This document shows positions 45,847 to 56,339 of a stretch of DNA of 64,000 bases, in pieces. The DNA is from Patescibacteria group bacterium. Lineage in GTDB: Bacteria > Patescibacteriota > Microgenomatia > Levybacterales > UBA12049. The position numbers and the translations under genes are program-made. Position 1 is the stretch's first letter; every line of letters begins with the position of its first letter. Location of the stretch: NCBI GenBank assembly GCA_023485865.1, contig JAMCZC010000002.1:1000-64999 (forward strand). Direction: 5' to 3'. Under the pieces are notes generated by a model, which saw only the letters and a program-made list of their open reading frames with translations, was not told the DNA's origin and did not search any database.

Positions 45847-47082
45847 ATGAGGCCGACTTTCAAAATAATCAAAAAAGACAAGAAATCAAAAGCCAGAGCT
45901 GGTATTATCAAAACCCCCCATGGTGAGATCGAAACGCCGATTTTTATTCCGGTCGGGACCCAAGGGACGGTAAAAGCAGTTTCACCGCGTGACCTAAAAG
46001 AAATGGGGGCGCAAATAGTTTTGGCAAATACCTATCATTTACACTTAAGGCCGGGAGAAGACCTTATTCAAAAGTTCGGAGGTTTGGCAAAGTTCATGGG
46101 GTGGGAAGACGGTCCCCACTTCGCCAAGACTTCGAGGGGCAGGCCGACGATGACAGACTCCGGAGGTTTTCAGGTTTTTTCTTTAGGGGTAGGAAAGATG
46201 GGCGGAGGGGTGAAATTCCTCAAAGAGGAAATATCAAATTTAAAATATCAAATTTCAAATATAGAAGAGGCAAGGCCAAGACTTAATAAAATTACTGAAG
46301 AAGGGGTGACTTTTCAGTCGCATATTGACGGGTCAAGCCATAAACTGACTCCGGAAAGCTCAATCAAAATTCAGGAAAAGCTCGGAGCCGATTTAATTGT
46401 TGCTTTTGACGATTTGGAGTCGCCCAAATACTCTTTTGAAGAAACAAAAAAATCACTCGAACTTACAAACAGATGGGAGTTGCGTTCGAAAAAAGCTCAC
46501 AAAAGGAAAGATCAATTGCTGTACGGCGTAACTCACGGAGGGCCGTTTAGAGACTTAAGAGAACTTTCCGCCAAATTTGTTGACGAGAACTTTGACGCTA
46601 TTGGTATGGGCGGAGCACACTTGTCAAAGAAAAATTTATATGAGGTAGTTAGTTGGACAACGGATATTGTTTCGGATGAAAAGCCGAGGCATCTTTTGGG
46701 AATTGGAGAAGTTGATGATATTTTTGAAATTATTCAAAGGGGCGTTGATACTTTTGACTGCGTAATTCCAACAAGAATTGGAAGAACTGGATTTTTCTTT
46801 GTTTTCCCGCCCAAAGGCACAGTCAAAAACCGCTTTAGAACAGACATAGACAAGCCAAATTTTAGAACCGACCCAAAACCTTTGGATTTAAATTGCAAAT
46901 GTTATGCTTGTCAGAATTTCAGTAGAGCTTACATCCATCACTTATTTCGAAGCAAGGAACTATTGTCGTATCATCTTTTAAGCCTTCACAACGTCCGTTT
47001 TCTCATTAACCTTACAAAACAAATTAGGAAAGCGATTTTAGAAGATAAGTTTCAAAACCTAAAAAAAGACTGGATTGGTTGA
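45847..47082 (+). CDS. tgt: Queuine tRNA-ribosyltransferase (tRNA-guanine transglycosylase)
   Basis: TPIFIPVGTQGTVK, DSGGFQVFSLG. Zn site CKCYACQNFSRAYIHHLF. Carries an in-frame repeat-derived insertion (46229..46263, KYQISNIEE). The 3' ~90 nt is duplicated downstream at 48709..48796. Confidence 0.85.
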   Translation: MRPTFKIIKKDKKSKARAGIIKTPHGEIETPIFIPVGTQGTVKAVSPRDLKEMGAQIVLANTYHLHLRPGEDLIQKFGGLAKFMGWEDGPHFAKTSRGRPTMTDSGGFQVFSLGVGKMGGGVKFLKEEISNLKYQISNIEEARPRLNKITEEGVTFQSHIDGSSHKLTPESSIKIQEKLGADLIVAFDDLESPKYSFEETKKSLELTNRWELRSKKAHKRKDQLLYGVTHGGPFRDLRELSAKFVDENFDAIGMGGAHLSKKNLYEVVSWTTDIVSDEKPRHLLGIGEVDDIFEIIQRGVDTFDCVIPTRIGRTGFFFVFPPKGTVKNRFRTDIDKPNFRTDPKPLDLNCKCYACQNFSRAYIHHLFRSKELLSYHLLSLHNVRFLINLTKQIRKAILEDKFQNLKKDWIG

Positions 47083-47107
47083 TATTACAATATAGATTTG
47101 ATACTAT

Positions 47108-47719
47108 TTGAGTATGTCAGAGGCCAAAGATGTTTCAGGATCTTATTCAGAAACAGAAGCCCCTACCATAAAAAGATTTTCTAAAGAAGCACTTTCGGCG
47201 CTGGAAAGAAATGGTTTTTGGTTAGGAGAATTAACAGGACAAAGCATAGCAGGTTATGAAAAAGCAGGGAGAAGATTTTATACTAAAACAATTGATAGAT
47301 ACCCTGAGATTAAAGATTTGCTTTCAAGAGCCTCTGAGGTAGCAATAGGAGATCCTCTTAATAAACCATACGATTATATTCTTCCTGATTATAACTGGAA
47401 GAGTTTTAGTGATTATTTTGGGATGATTGATGAATATAATAAAGATTTGCAGGAAAAGATTCCGGACGTAGAGGCTGTAATAGGTGAAGCTCCGGATTAT
47501 GTTGAACTTCTTTGTTCTTTTAGGGATGAAACAGGATTAATACTACTTGATGGTTTGGCATATGCCGCAACAAAAACAAGAGTTGGTAAGAGTACAGTAT
47601 CTGTAGGTCATCAAGATTTTACACCTGATTATGAAATGATCATTCATGCGAATGAAATGCCGGCAGATTATAAATATTTTCTTTCTATGTATTGCGTGCC
47701 CCTTGTTTTTCCTAAGTAA
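47108..47719 (+). CDS. hypothetical protein (cargo of the tgt-associated insertion)
   Basis: 203 aa, no recognised motif. Lies between the two copies of the tgt 3' end. Confidence 0.45.
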   Translation: MSMSEAKDVSGSYSETEAPTIKRFSKEALSALERNGFWLGELTGQSIAGYEKAGRRFYTKTIDRYPEIKDLLSRASEVAIGDPLNKPYDYILPDYNWKSFSDYFGMIDEYNKDLQEKIPDVEAVIGEAPDYVELLCSFRDETGLILLDGLAYAATKTRVGKSTVSVGHQDFTPDYEMIIHANEMPADYKYFLSMYCVPLVFPK

Positions 47720-47899
47720 ATATTATTAATAAAATTTAACTTCTGTGATAATATAGAGGAAATGAGTAAAGTTGTTTTTTCGGGGGTTCAGCTAAGCGAA
47801 ATCTTAAGAGTCAAATAAATGATATGCTAAAAATATGCCTATTGTTTTTTCGACCCACTCCAAAAATCAGCTCAAAAGGCGGCTAAAGAGAAAAATAAT

Positions 47900-48106
47900 A
47901 TGAAAGTTCAATACGCCCCTAAAATAGACGCAATTTATATAGAATTAGCAAAAGGAACATACAAAAATACACGTAAAGTTTCCGATGCTATCTTAGTGGA
48001 TGAAGATAAAAAGGGAAAAGTTTTGGGGATTGAAATTTTAGATGCGACAAAAAACGTTAACGCTTTTAATCCTAAAAATCCAAAACTTTTTATAAGCCCC
48101 CAATAA
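47900..48106 (+). CDS. DUF2283-family small protein
   Basis: 68 aa. MKVQYAPKIDAIYIELAKGTYKNTRKVSDAILVDEDKKGKVLGIEILDA matches the DUF2283 pattern as I remember it, often the small partner in two-gene TA-like pairs. Confidence 0.5.
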   Translation: MKVQYAPKIDAIYIELAKGTYKNTRKVSDAILVDEDKKGKVLGIEILDATKNVNAFNPKNPKLFISPQ

Positions 48107-48138
48107 TCACAAAACTGCTATAATTGCCTCATAGGAAA

Positions 48139-48624
48139 ATGAAGACTTTAAGGATTAAGATTATACTTACTTGTTGGGAAAAAGAACTCGTATGGCGCGT
48201 GATTGAGATTCCTGAAAACAAAACGCTTCATCAGCTGCATCTTGCAATTCAGAAAGCATTTGGCTGGTACAACGATCATTTATATTCATTTTTCATGAGC
48301 AACAACAGGATGGATAGAAAGGGAGAATACACGAGTCCGGTTGACATTGAAGAAGCAGGAGAGGATGCGTTATCGGCAGCAGAAACAAAGTTAAAAGATT
48401 TGAACTTACAGTTAAAGAAAAAATTTCTCTACCTCTATGATTTTGGTGATAATTTAGATCATGAAGTAGAAGTGGTAGGCTTTGGTGAAACGGACGACTT
48501 CCATAAATATCCTCAACTCATAGGCGCATTCGGCGCAGCGCCTGAACAGTACGCAATCCGGCGAGCAGGTATGGAAGAGACAGAGAATGAGAAGTCCCCA
48601 AAATATACAGAAGAGAAAAATTAG
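48139..48624 (+). CDS. pRiA4b ORF-3-like family protein
   Basis: LHQLHLAIQKAFGWYNDHLYSFFM...YLYDFGDNLDHEV. The W..DHLY.F core matches my memory of this family. Start moved to MKTLRIK. Confidence 0.45.
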   Translation: MKTLRIKIILTCWEKELVWRVIEIPENKTLHQLHLAIQKAFGWYNDHLYSFFMSNNRMDRKGEYTSPVDIEEAGEDALSAAETKLKDLNLQLKKKFLYLYDFGDNLDHEVEVVGFGETDDFHKYPQLIGAFGAAPEQYAIRRAGMEETENEKSPKYTEEKN

Positions 48625-48708
48625 TTCTAAACTACAGCACTACATAGTACTATACTTTAGTGAGGTATATCAAAAATTCTCGGGTTAAATCATAATGTTT
48701 ATTTTTTG

Positions 48709-48796
48709 ATTAACCTTACAAAACAAATAAGAAATTCAATTTTGGAAGATAAATTTCAGAAAATGAAAAAAGAATGGCTGGTGTGATAATATAGGG
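48709..48796 (+). repeat. Diverged duplicate (~80% identity) of the tgt 3' end, right boundary of the 1.6-kb insertion
   Basis: ATTAACCTTACAAAACAAATAAGAAATTCAATTTTGGAAGATAAATTTCAGAAAATGAAAAAAGAATGGCTGGTGTGATAATATAG compared with copy 47005..47096. It keeps the in-frame stop at the corresponding position. Confidence 0.75.
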
Positions 48797-48798
48797 AT

Positions 48799-49797
48799 AT
48801 GAAAAGAGTTTTAACAGGAGATACGCCAACCGGCAAACTTCATTTAGGCCATTATGTCGGGACACTCGAAAACAGAATAAAACTGCAAAACGAATATGAA
48901 ATGTTTATTCTTTTTGCAGACACACATGCCTTAACTACGCTAAGTTCCACTCCGAAAATGATTGCGGAATATACAAAAGAAGTTCTTTTGGACAATTTAT
49001 CTGTCGGTTTAGACCCTAAAAGTGTCACTTTTTTTGTTGAATCGGCAATTCCGGAAATATATGAACTAGCTGCAATTTTTAGCATGTACGTTTCCCATAA
49101 TAGGGCATTAAGAAATCCCACAATAAAAGATGAGATTAAATCAAAAGGACTTGGAGATCAATATAGTTTAGGCTTCATAAATTATCCGATTTTCCAGGCT
49201 GCGGATATTCTCTGCGTTAAAGGTCAAGTTGTCCCGGTCGGAAGAGATCAGGAAGCACATCTTGAGCAAACAAGAGAAATCGCAAGAGAATTGAATAAGC
49301 TTACTAATTCAGATATTTTCCCCGAGCCGCAGGCTTTAGCCGGAAGAGTAGGGAAGTTAATTGGAACCGACGGCAATCCTAAGATGGGAAAAAGCCTTAA
49401 TAACACAATTTATCTTTCCGATTCAAAGGATGAAGTTGAAAAAAGGGTTATGAACATGTATACCGACCCAAAAAGAATTCATCCGAGCGATCCGGGAACA
49501 GTGGAAGGGAACCCCGTTTTTATTTATCTCGATACCTTTGCGGCAGAAAAGGACAAAAGACAAATTGAAGAATACAAAAATAAATATAAAAAAGGAGAAG
49601 TAGGGGATGTAGAAGTTAAGAAGTTTTTAACAGGTATCTTGAACGAATTTCTGGAGCCGATAAGACAAAGGCGTGCAGAATATGAAAAAAAACCCGATCT
49701 TTTGCAATCAATTTTGGACAAAGGAAACGTAAGGGTCAGGGAAGATGCAGCAAGGACATTAAATGAATTAAAGCAAAAAATGGGATTGGACCTCTAA
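48799..49797 (+). CDS. trpS: Tryptophan--tRNA ligase
   Basis: Class I HIGH-type motif TGDTPTGKLHLGHYVG and KMSKS-type KMGKSLNN. Confidence 0.85.
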   Translation: MKRVLTGDTPTGKLHLGHYVGTLENRIKLQNEYEMFILFADTHALTTLSSTPKMIAEYTKEVLLDNLSVGLDPKSVTFFVESAIPEIYELAAIFSMYVSHNRALRNPTIKDEIKSKGLGDQYSLGFINYPIFQAADILCVKGQVVPVGRDQEAHLEQTREIARELNKLTNSDIFPEPQALAGRVGKLIGTDGNPKMGKSLNNTIYLSDSKDEVEKRVMNMYTDPKRIHPSDPGTVEGNPVFIYLDTFAAEKDKRQIEEYKNKYKKGEVGDVEVKKFLTGILNEFLEPIRQRRAEYEKKPDLLQSILDKGNVRVREDAARTLNELKQKMGLDL

Positions 49798-49832
49798 TTC
49801 TTTCAAGAAATGGTGGTAATTGAGTTCAGGCT

Positions 49833-51710
49833 GTGGTATACTTTGCCGTACCTATGGCAAACGGAAAAAGAACAAAAAACTTAAAACGCATCAAGTTAAA
49901 GATGAATCTTTCGTGGAAAAACCTGATTATTTATGCATTTCTGCTTCTTTTTGTGAGTTTTATTTTCTTAGGGCTTAACGAGCAAAACGGGTCTTTCCAG
50001 GAAACAAAAACCGTTCCTCTTTCTAAAGTTATCTCCGATGTAAAAGCAGGAAAAGTTACAAGCATCGAGGTTTTACCTAACAAGCTGACTGTTCACGAAA
50101 AGACGGGAGATTTGCAAAGCTTTAAAGAGCAAAGCTCAAACATTTATCAGCTTTTCAAGGATGCGGGAGTGCCTTTGGACAAAACAAACGTTGTTATAAA
50201 AGATGAAACTACTATTAATAACTGGATAAATATTATTTCTTCAATTCTTCCGGTTATTTTAATGGTGGCTTTTTTCTACTTTATTTTTAGGCAGGCTAGG
50301 GGAGCACAGGAAAGCGTTTTTTCTTTTGGCCAATCAAAAGCAAAAGTATTTAACAAAGACAACCCAAAAATTACTTTTGCAGATGTTGCGGGAGTTGATG
50401 AAGCTAAGCAAGAATTAATGGAAATTGTTGATTTTCTAAAAAATCCCGGCAAATACAAAGCAATGGGGGCTCGTACGCCAAAGGGCGTATTAATGATTGG
50501 TCCTTCGGGAACAGGAAAAACACTTTTAGCAAGGGCAACAGCTGGGGAAGCCGGCGTTCCGTTTTTTTCAATGGCAGGAAGTGAATTTATGGAAATGCTA
50601 GTTGGAGTTGGAGCTTCTAGAGTCAGAGATTTATTCTCAACTGCCAAAAAAGCCCAGCCCGCAATTATTTTTATAGATGAGATAGATGCAATTGGAAGGC
50701 AGAGAGGGTATGGGCTAATGGGCGGACACGACGAAAGAGAGCAGACTTTAAATCAAATTCTAGTTGAAATGGATGGGTTTTCCCCCACAGAGCAATTAGT
50801 AGTAATAGCGGCAACCAATAGGCCCGATGTTTTGGACCCTGCGCTTGTCAGGCCCGGAAGATTTGACAGACGTGTGGCTTTGGATATGCCGGATGTTAAC
50901 GGCAGGAAAGCAATTTTGGCAATCCACGCAAGAGGCAAGCCTTTTGTAAAAAATGTAATTTGGGAAAAAATTGCCAAGAGAACAGTCGGTTTTTCCGGAG
51001 CGGATTTGGAAAATATGTTAAACGAAGCTGCAATTTTAGCAGCGCGTCTTGGCAAAAAAGCAATTGATATGAGCGATTTGGAAGAGGCGGCTACTAAAGT
51101 AAAATTAGGGCCGGAAAAAAAGAGATTGCAGACGGAAGAAGATAGGAAAATGACGGCTTATCACGAGGCCGGTCACGCCTTAGTCTCATGGTTTATGCCG
51201 GGCATGGACCCAGTACATAGAATTTCAATTGTTTCAAGGGGAATGTCTTTGGGGCATACAATGATGGAGCCAATGGACAGAATTCATGAAACCAAAACCC
51301 ATCTTTTGGAACAAATTGCCGTAATGCTTGGCGGAAGAGCCGCGGAAAACCTCGTTTTCAAAGAAATGACAACCGGCGCATCCGATGATATTGCCAAAGC
51401 AACAGAGGTGGCAAGGACAATGGTGGTTGAATTCGGAATGAGCGAGTTAGGGCCCATTAACCTGGACGGAGAAAGACGCATGCCATACGAGCAATCTCAA
51501 GTTTCTCCGGAAATGGCTGCTAAAATTGACGGGCAAGTTAAAAAAATAACCGATGAGGCTTATGGGAAAGCTTCGGATATTCTTAAAAAATTAATGGACA
51601 AATTGGATGTTTTGGCCGAAGAGCTTTTGAAAAAAGAAACAATAGAATCCGAAGAGTTTGTCAGAATAATCGGTCCTAAGAAAGTTGTTTTGGCAAAAGT
51701 CAGAGCCTAG
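49833..51710 (+). CDS. ftsH: ATP-dependent zinc metalloprotease FtsH
   Basis: AAA motif [16 protein letters not shown] region, HEAGHAL zinc site. The true start is probably an internal ATG (e.g. MNLSWKN at 49902). Confidence 0.9.
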   Translation: MVYFAVPMANGKRTKNLKRIKLKMNLSWKNLIIYAFLLLFVSFIFLGLNEQNGSFQETKTVPLSKVISDVKAGKVTSIEVLPNKLTVHEKTGDLQSFKEQSSNIYQLFKDAGVPLDKTNVVIKDETTINNWINIISSILPVILMVAFFYFIFRQARGAQESVFSFGQSKAKVFNKDNPKITFADVAGVDEAKQELMEIVDFLKNPGKYKAMGARTPKGVLMIGPSGTGKTLLARATAGEAGVPFFSMAGSEFMEMLVGVGASRVRDLFSTAKKAQPAIIFIDEIDAIGRQRGYGLMGGHDEREQTLNQILVEMDGFSPTEQLVVIAATNRPDVLDPALVRPGRFDRRVALDMPDVNGRKAILAIHARGKPFVKNVIWEKIAKRTVGFSGADLENMLNEAAILAARLGKKAIDMSDLEEAATKVKLGPEKKRLQTEEDRKMTAYHEAGHALVSWFMPGMDPVHRISIVSRGMSLGHTMMEPMDRIHETKTHLLEQIAVMLGGRAAENLVFKEMTTGASDDIAKATEVARTMVVEFGMSELGPINLDGERRMPYEQSQVSPEMAAKIDGQVKKITDEAYGKASDILKKLMDKLDVLAEELLKKETIESEEFVRIIGPKKVVLAKVRA

Positions 51711-51748
51711 TTGACAATTATCCTCCCCCGTGAGATTATCAAAAAGAT

Positions 51749-52408
51749 ATGGCAGCAGCTAAAAAGAATTCGTCTTCAAAAACTTCGGCAAAACCGCACT
51801 TTTCTAAAAAAGAAGCCATAAACTTTGGGTTTGAAATTGCCAAGAAAAACATAATATTTTTTATCGGACTTTTTGTTGTAGTTGTTGTTGTCTCTGCCTT
51901 GACATCACTTATTCAATTTGGAGCAACCTTAGAAAAACAGCCTCTTTTATATATTGTTTTGTATGTCGTAACATTTATTATCAATACAATTATCGGAATG
52001 GGGCTTATTAAGATATCTTTAGAATTTGTAGATAAGAAAAAACCCAAATTCAAAGACCTTTTTCACACGAAAAATCTGGTAAATTTTATTTTAGTTTCTT
52101 TAATAAGAGGAGTAATAACTCTAATTGGATTTATTTTACTGATTATCCCCGGAATAATTTTTTCTATAAGACTTCAATATGCTACCTATCTTGTTATTGA
52201 TAAAAATCTGTCGCCTGTTGATGCCGTTAAAAAAAGTTGGGATATGACAAGGGGAAATGTTTGGAACTTATTCTTTTTTGTAATCTTACTTGCTCTTGTA
52301 AATATTTTAGGAGCTCTTCTTCTTTTGGTGGGGCTTTTTGTAACAGTGCCTTTGATGATGATTGCTACAACCTTTGTCTACCGTAAGCTCCTCAATGTAA
52401 GTAAATAG
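51749..52408 (+). CDS. polytopic membrane protein (hypothetical)
   Basis: 219 aa with 5-6 TM helices. Confidence 0.5.
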   Translation: MAAAKKNSSSKTSAKPHFSKKEAINFGFEIAKKNIIFFIGLFVVVVVVSALTSLIQFGATLEKQPLLYIVLYVVTFIINTIIGMGLIKISLEFVDKKKPKFKDLFHTKNLVNFILVSLIRGVITLIGFILLIIPGIIFSIRLQYATYLVIDKNLSPVDAVKKSWDMTRGNVWNLFFFVILLALVNILGALLLLVGLFVTVPLMMIATTFVYRKLLNVSK

Positions 52409-52447
52409 CGATTAGCGTATAGCGTTTAGTTCTTGTATAATCAACCC

Positions 52448-53374
52448 ATGCAGAAACTGGTTATAATTGACGGCAATGCGATTGTGCACCGTGCCTTCCA
52501 CGCTTTACCTTCGATGAATACTCAAGACGGCCAGTTAACAAACGCAGTATATGGGTTTTTTGCCATGCTGTTAAAGCTGTTAAATGACCTTAAGCCTCAA
52601 TATCTGATTGTTTGTTTTGACCGCCCCAAACCTACTTTTAGGAAGCAAATGTATGTCGGGTATCAGGCAAAAAGACCCAAGATGTCGGATGATTTAGCTC
52701 CGCAAATAGACCTTTTGCATAAAGTTTTGGAAAGAGCAAAAATTGAGCATTTTGAAATAGACGGATATGAGGCCGACGATATTATCGGAACAATTGCCAC
52801 CCAATCCGCTGCAAAAAACCTTCAGACAATTATTGTTTCGGGGGATAGGGATATGCTTCAGCTTGTAAATCATAAAGTTCTTGTTCTGGCGCCAATTTCG
52901 GGAATTACTAAAATGGCACTTTTTGACGACGAAAAAGTAAAAGAAAAATACGGTTTAAAAGCCTCTCAATTCATAGACTACAAAGCTTTGGTGGGTGATA
53001 GTTCGGATAATTACCCGGGAGTTTCGGGAATCGGGCCAAAAACAGCAGCAGAGCTTATTAATAAATATCAAACTTTTGAAAATCTCTACGCGCATATTTC
53101 GGAACTGCCTCAAAATTTAAGTTCAAAACTGGCTACGGATGCGGAACAGGCGGCTCTTGCCAAAAAACTGGCAACAATCGCCCTTGACGCGCCTATTAAA
53201 ATAAATTTGGAAAAAGCAAAGGTAGGAAAGATTGATAAACTTGGACTCTTGGAGGCTTTTAAAGAGCTTGGCTTCAAAACCTTAATAGGAAGAGTATTAA
53301 ATTCAGATTCGAGTAAAAATATGAATAAGCCTAAAGAGAAGAAGAGCAATGATGAACAGTTGGGGCTTTTGTAA
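52448..53374 (+). CDS. 5'-3' exonuclease (Pol I N-terminal/FEN-like domain only)
   Basis: MQKLVIIDGNAIVHRAFHALP, plus downstream acidic clusters and a helix-hairpin-helix region. No polymerase domain. TATAAT sits 7 nt upstream of the ATG, so the gene is probably leaderless. Confidence 0.8.
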   Translation: MQKLVIIDGNAIVHRAFHALPSMNTQDGQLTNAVYGFFAMLLKLLNDLKPQYLIVCFDRPKPTFRKQMYVGYQAKRPKMSDDLAPQIDLLHKVLERAKIEHFEIDGYEADDIIGTIATQSAAKNLQTIIVSGDRDMLQLVNHKVLVLAPISGITKMALFDDEKVKEKYGLKASQFIDYKALVGDSSDNYPGVSGIGPKTAAELINKYQTFENLYAHISELPQNLSSKLATDAEQAALAKKLATIALDAPIKINLEKAKVGKIDKLGLLEAFKELGFKTLIGRVLNSDSSKNMNKPKEKKSNDEQLGLL

Positions 53375-53470
53375 ATTTCTAATTTCTAATTCTTAATTTC
53401 TAATGAAATCAAAATGCTTAAATTTAAAACATTAAAAATTGATTGAAAATTGAAAATTAATAATTGAAAA
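53375..53470. repeat. A/T-rich 7-nt tandem repeat tract (AATTTCT / TGAAAAT units), intergenic
   Basis: aaatttctaatttctaattcttaatttctaatg...attgaaaattgaaaattaataattgaaaatt. Belongs to the same repeat family seen inside CDSs at 28382, 45512, 46229, 61053 and 63254, and in intergenic DNA at 21688..21780, 45725..45846, 10206..10252, 33551..33600 and 59561..59626. Confidence 0.7.
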
Positions 53471-53474
53471 TTAT

Positions 53475-54692
53475 ATGCGAGTTGCAATTGTTCACGATTA
53501 TATAAAAGAATATGGTGGGGCAGAGAGGGTTTTGGAAAAACTCCATGAAGTTTTTCCCGACGCGCCAATCTACACAACGGTTTACTTGCCTTCGTTTTTA
53601 GGGCCTCATAAAAAAAGGTTTGAGGGGATGAATATTAAAACGTCGTTCTTGCAATTTTTTCCGTTTAAATCAAAGCTAATCAGCCCTTTTAGACTTTTGG
53701 CACAAACGGCATTCAGAAGCTTTGATTTTTCCGCATATGATGTAATAATTGTTTCCCAAACCGGTTCGTATTTTCCAAACGCGGTTAAAAAAAGAGGAGC
53801 TAAGCTTATTTGTTATTGCCATACGCCGCCAAGGTATCTTTATGGGTTTGAAACGGCAAGAGACTGGAAAAAAAATAAGCTATTTATGGTTTTGAGCATG
53901 ATTTCGATTCACTTTTTAAGAATGACAGATTTTAAATCTTCGCAAAACGTAGATTATTTTATCGCGAACTCGGAAAACGTCAGAAAAAGAATCCAGAAGT
54001 TTTATCGCAAAGACGCTGTTGTAATCTATCCGCCGGTTTCGGTGGGTGACGGTAGAGGATCGAAAATAGATGGTAGAACTTCGAAGACGGAAGATAGAAG
54101 ATTGATCCATCCTCAATCCTCAACCCTCAAAAATCTATCTTCTGCCCTCCATGATCTATCGTCTAGGGAATACTATCTGGCCGGAGGAAGGCTGGCAAGG
54201 CCCAAACACGTTGATTTAATAGTGGAGACTTTTTCAAAACTAAATCTTCCCTTAAAAATATTCGGAAAGGAATTTGCAGGGCATGGAGAAGAATTGAAAT
54301 CAAAAATCATCCATTCGACAAGCTCAGGACAAAAATCAAAAATAGAATTTCTGGGAGAAATAACGGACGAAGAAAAATATGAGCTTATGAAAAGAGCAAA
54401 AGCATTTGTTTTTGCTTCGGAAGATGAGGATTTCGGCATAACTCCGGTTGAAGCGGAAAGCTTGGGGACGCCCGTTATAGCTTTTGCATCGGGAGGAACA
54501 TTGGAAACCGTAGTTGACGGGAAAACAGGGGTATTTTTTAATAAATTATCAGTTGAGTCACTTTCAAAAGCAATAGAAAAGTTTAATAAAGCCAAGTTCA
54601 ATATTGAAGTTATTAGAAATCAGGGTAAAAAGTTTTCGGAAAGCATTTTTAAATCTAAAATAAAGGAGTTTGTAGCTTCTAAAATAAAGTAA
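53475..54692 (+). CDS. Glycosyltransferase family 4 (GT-B fold)
   Basis: MRVAIVHDYIKEYGGAERVLEKL at the N-terminus; EDFGITPVEAESLGTPVIA (EX7E-type) at the C-terminus. Unusual ~45-aa low-complexity insert (GRGSKIDGRTSKTEDRRLIHPQSSTLKNLSSALHDLSS). Confidence 0.75.
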   Translation: MRVAIVHDYIKEYGGAERVLEKLHEVFPDAPIYTTVYLPSFLGPHKKRFEGMNIKTSFLQFFPFKSKLISPFRLLAQTAFRSFDFSAYDVIIVSQTGSYFPNAVKKRGAKLICYCHTPPRYLYGFETARDWKKNKLFMVLSMISIHFLRMTDFKSSQNVDYFIANSENVRKRIQKFYRKDAVVIYPPVSVGDGRGSKIDGRTSKTEDRRLIHPQSSTLKNLSSALHDLSSREYYLAGGRLARPKHVDLIVETFSKLNLPLKIFGKEFAGHGEELKSKIIHSTSSGQKSKIEFLGEITDEEKYELMKRAKAFVFASEDEDFGITPVEAESLGTPVIAFASGGTLETVVDGKTGVFFNKLSVESLSKAIEKFNKAKFNIEVIRNQGKKFSESIFKSKIKEFVASKIK

Positions 54693-55211
54693 TTAGCGTC
54701 GTTTTACGGCAGGAACAACAATGTCTTTGCCAGTGGCGGGATAAAAGTAACCATCGCTTGCTTTTGCAACCATCTCCGGAGCTTTTCCGCCTGATTGTGC
54801 CCAATCCAAAGCTTTCCTGCCTGCATATTCCATTTTAGCAGCTTCCTCCGGAGTAAATAATTTAACATAGTCTCCTACCCAGATATTTCTAGATTCTGGT
54901 ACCGCTTCTAAAAAATCAGTTGACTTACCATCAATTGCAACTCTTACTTTTCTTCTGATCTCTTCATGAATACCCAGAAATCTCTCTGTGCCAGTACTGC
55001 CTGGCATTGAATTATTTTGATGAACAATTACCATGCTCGCATAATCGCCTGTATCTTTTCCAAATTGTCCTTGATTAGCAACGAGGCTTTCATCCAAAGG
55101 CTCTATTAATAATCCACTTCGACCCCTGACAACTAAAAGTTCTCTTTTTATTTCAGGGGGTAGTACTTCTACGCTTTCAGCAGATGGTTTATATTCACCT
55201 GATTCTGACAT
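54693..55211 (-). CDS. hypothetical protein
   Basis: 172 aa ORF with SD. No motif recognised. Confidence 0.4.
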   Translation of the reverse strand: MSESGEYKPSAESVEVLPPEIKRELLVVRGRSGLLIEPLDESLVANQGQFGKDTGDYASMVIVHQNNSMPGSTGTERFLGIHEEIRRKVRVAIDGKSTDFLEAVPESRNIWVGDYVKLFTPEEAAKMEYAGRKALDWAQSGGKAPEMVAKASDGYFYPATGKDIVVPAVKRR

Positions 55212-55338
55212 ATCTTGCTTATTATATGAGTTTTTTTCTAAAAATCAAGTTAATGATTTGGTATAATCAAAAATAAAATATATTTTCTATTTACTATGTG
55301 TATTTACTATTTAATATTTAATATTTTATATTTCAAAC

Positions 55339-56202
55339 ATGCCTGAACTTCCAGAAATAGAAACAGTCAAATTAGGGCTGAAAAAATATCTTGTCGGGCA
55401 CAAGATCGAAAATATTGAGGTCAGAATTCCTAAAATGTTTGCCGGATCTGCAAAGCAGATTATAGGAGTAAAAATAATCAATATTAAGAGGATAGGTAAG
55501 GGATTAATTATTGAATTTGAGAATGATTATCTTTTGGCGGTGCATTTTAAAATGACCGGCCAGCTGGTTTTTAGAGACGCTAAAAATAATCAACCCCTTT
55601 CTCCAAAAGTCGGCGGAGATATTCTTCCGTCCAAATATTCCCATATTATTTTTACTTTAGATAAAGGAGCAATGCTTTATTATAACGATCTTCGCCAGTT
55701 TGGCTGGGTAAAGGTTTTAAAAAAAGATGAGTTAATGCATATGCCCTTTTTTGGCGAAATGGGACCTGAACCAAAAGTAGGAAATGATTTGGCAGGTAAA
55801 GAATTAACATTTGATTATTTCAAGAGCGTTTTGTTAAAAAGTAATTTACCTATCAAGGTAATTTTAATGGACCAGAAAAAAATCGGCGGAATAGGCAATA
55901 TCTATGCCAACGACGCTTTATTTAAAGCAGGAATTGACCCGAGAAAAAAAGGAAAAACGCTTTCTGGGGAAGAATTAGATAAGCTGTATAAGGCAATATT
56001 TTTTGTTTTGGAAAAAAGTTTAGAATACGGGGGTTCTTCGGATGAGAATTTCGTCAACGCGCTTGGACAAGATGGGGCATATCAAAATCACACTTTAGTT
56101 TATGGTAAAAAAGGCGAGAAATGTCCTAATGGAAACGGAACAATTGAAAAAATCCAGCTTGGCGGCCGCGGAACTTTCTTTTGCCCCGCCTGCCAGCGCT
56201 AG
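55339..56202 (+). CDS. mutM: Formamidopyrimidine-DNA glycosylase
   Basis: MPELPEIETV N-terminus (catalytic Pro2, Glu3). C-terminal zinc finger CPNGNG...CPACQR. Confidence 0.85.
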   Translation: MPELPEIETVKLGLKKYLVGHKIENIEVRIPKMFAGSAKQIIGVKIINIKRIGKGLIIEFENDYLLAVHFKMTGQLVFRDAKNNQPLSPKVGGDILPSKYSHIIFTLDKGAMLYYNDLRQFGWVKVLKKDELMHMPFFGEMGPEPKVGNDLAGKELTFDYFKSVLLKSNLPIKVILMDQKKIGGIGNIYANDALFKAGIDPRKKGKTLSGEELDKLYKAIFFVLEKSLEYGGSSDENFVNALGQDGAYQNHTLVYGKKGEKCPNGNGTIEKIQLGGRGTFFCPACQR

Positions 56203-56339
56203 GCGCAGGCTTTGCGGGCAGGCCCAAATGCCAAAATAATGCATTTGATTTATTTGACAATTAATGATAGTATTTACATCTAGCACTATCCGAACAGGAA
56301 AATGCTAGTTTTTTATGGTTCGGCAAGCTCACCATTATT

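Noticed and set aside
54693-55211. ADP-ribosyltransferase / Tpt1-like identity for the 172-aa minus-strand ORF
   Set aside because: Considered because of R...STG...E-rich segments, but no canonical R/S-T-S/E-x-E or H-G-T triads could be aligned. Left as hypothetical.
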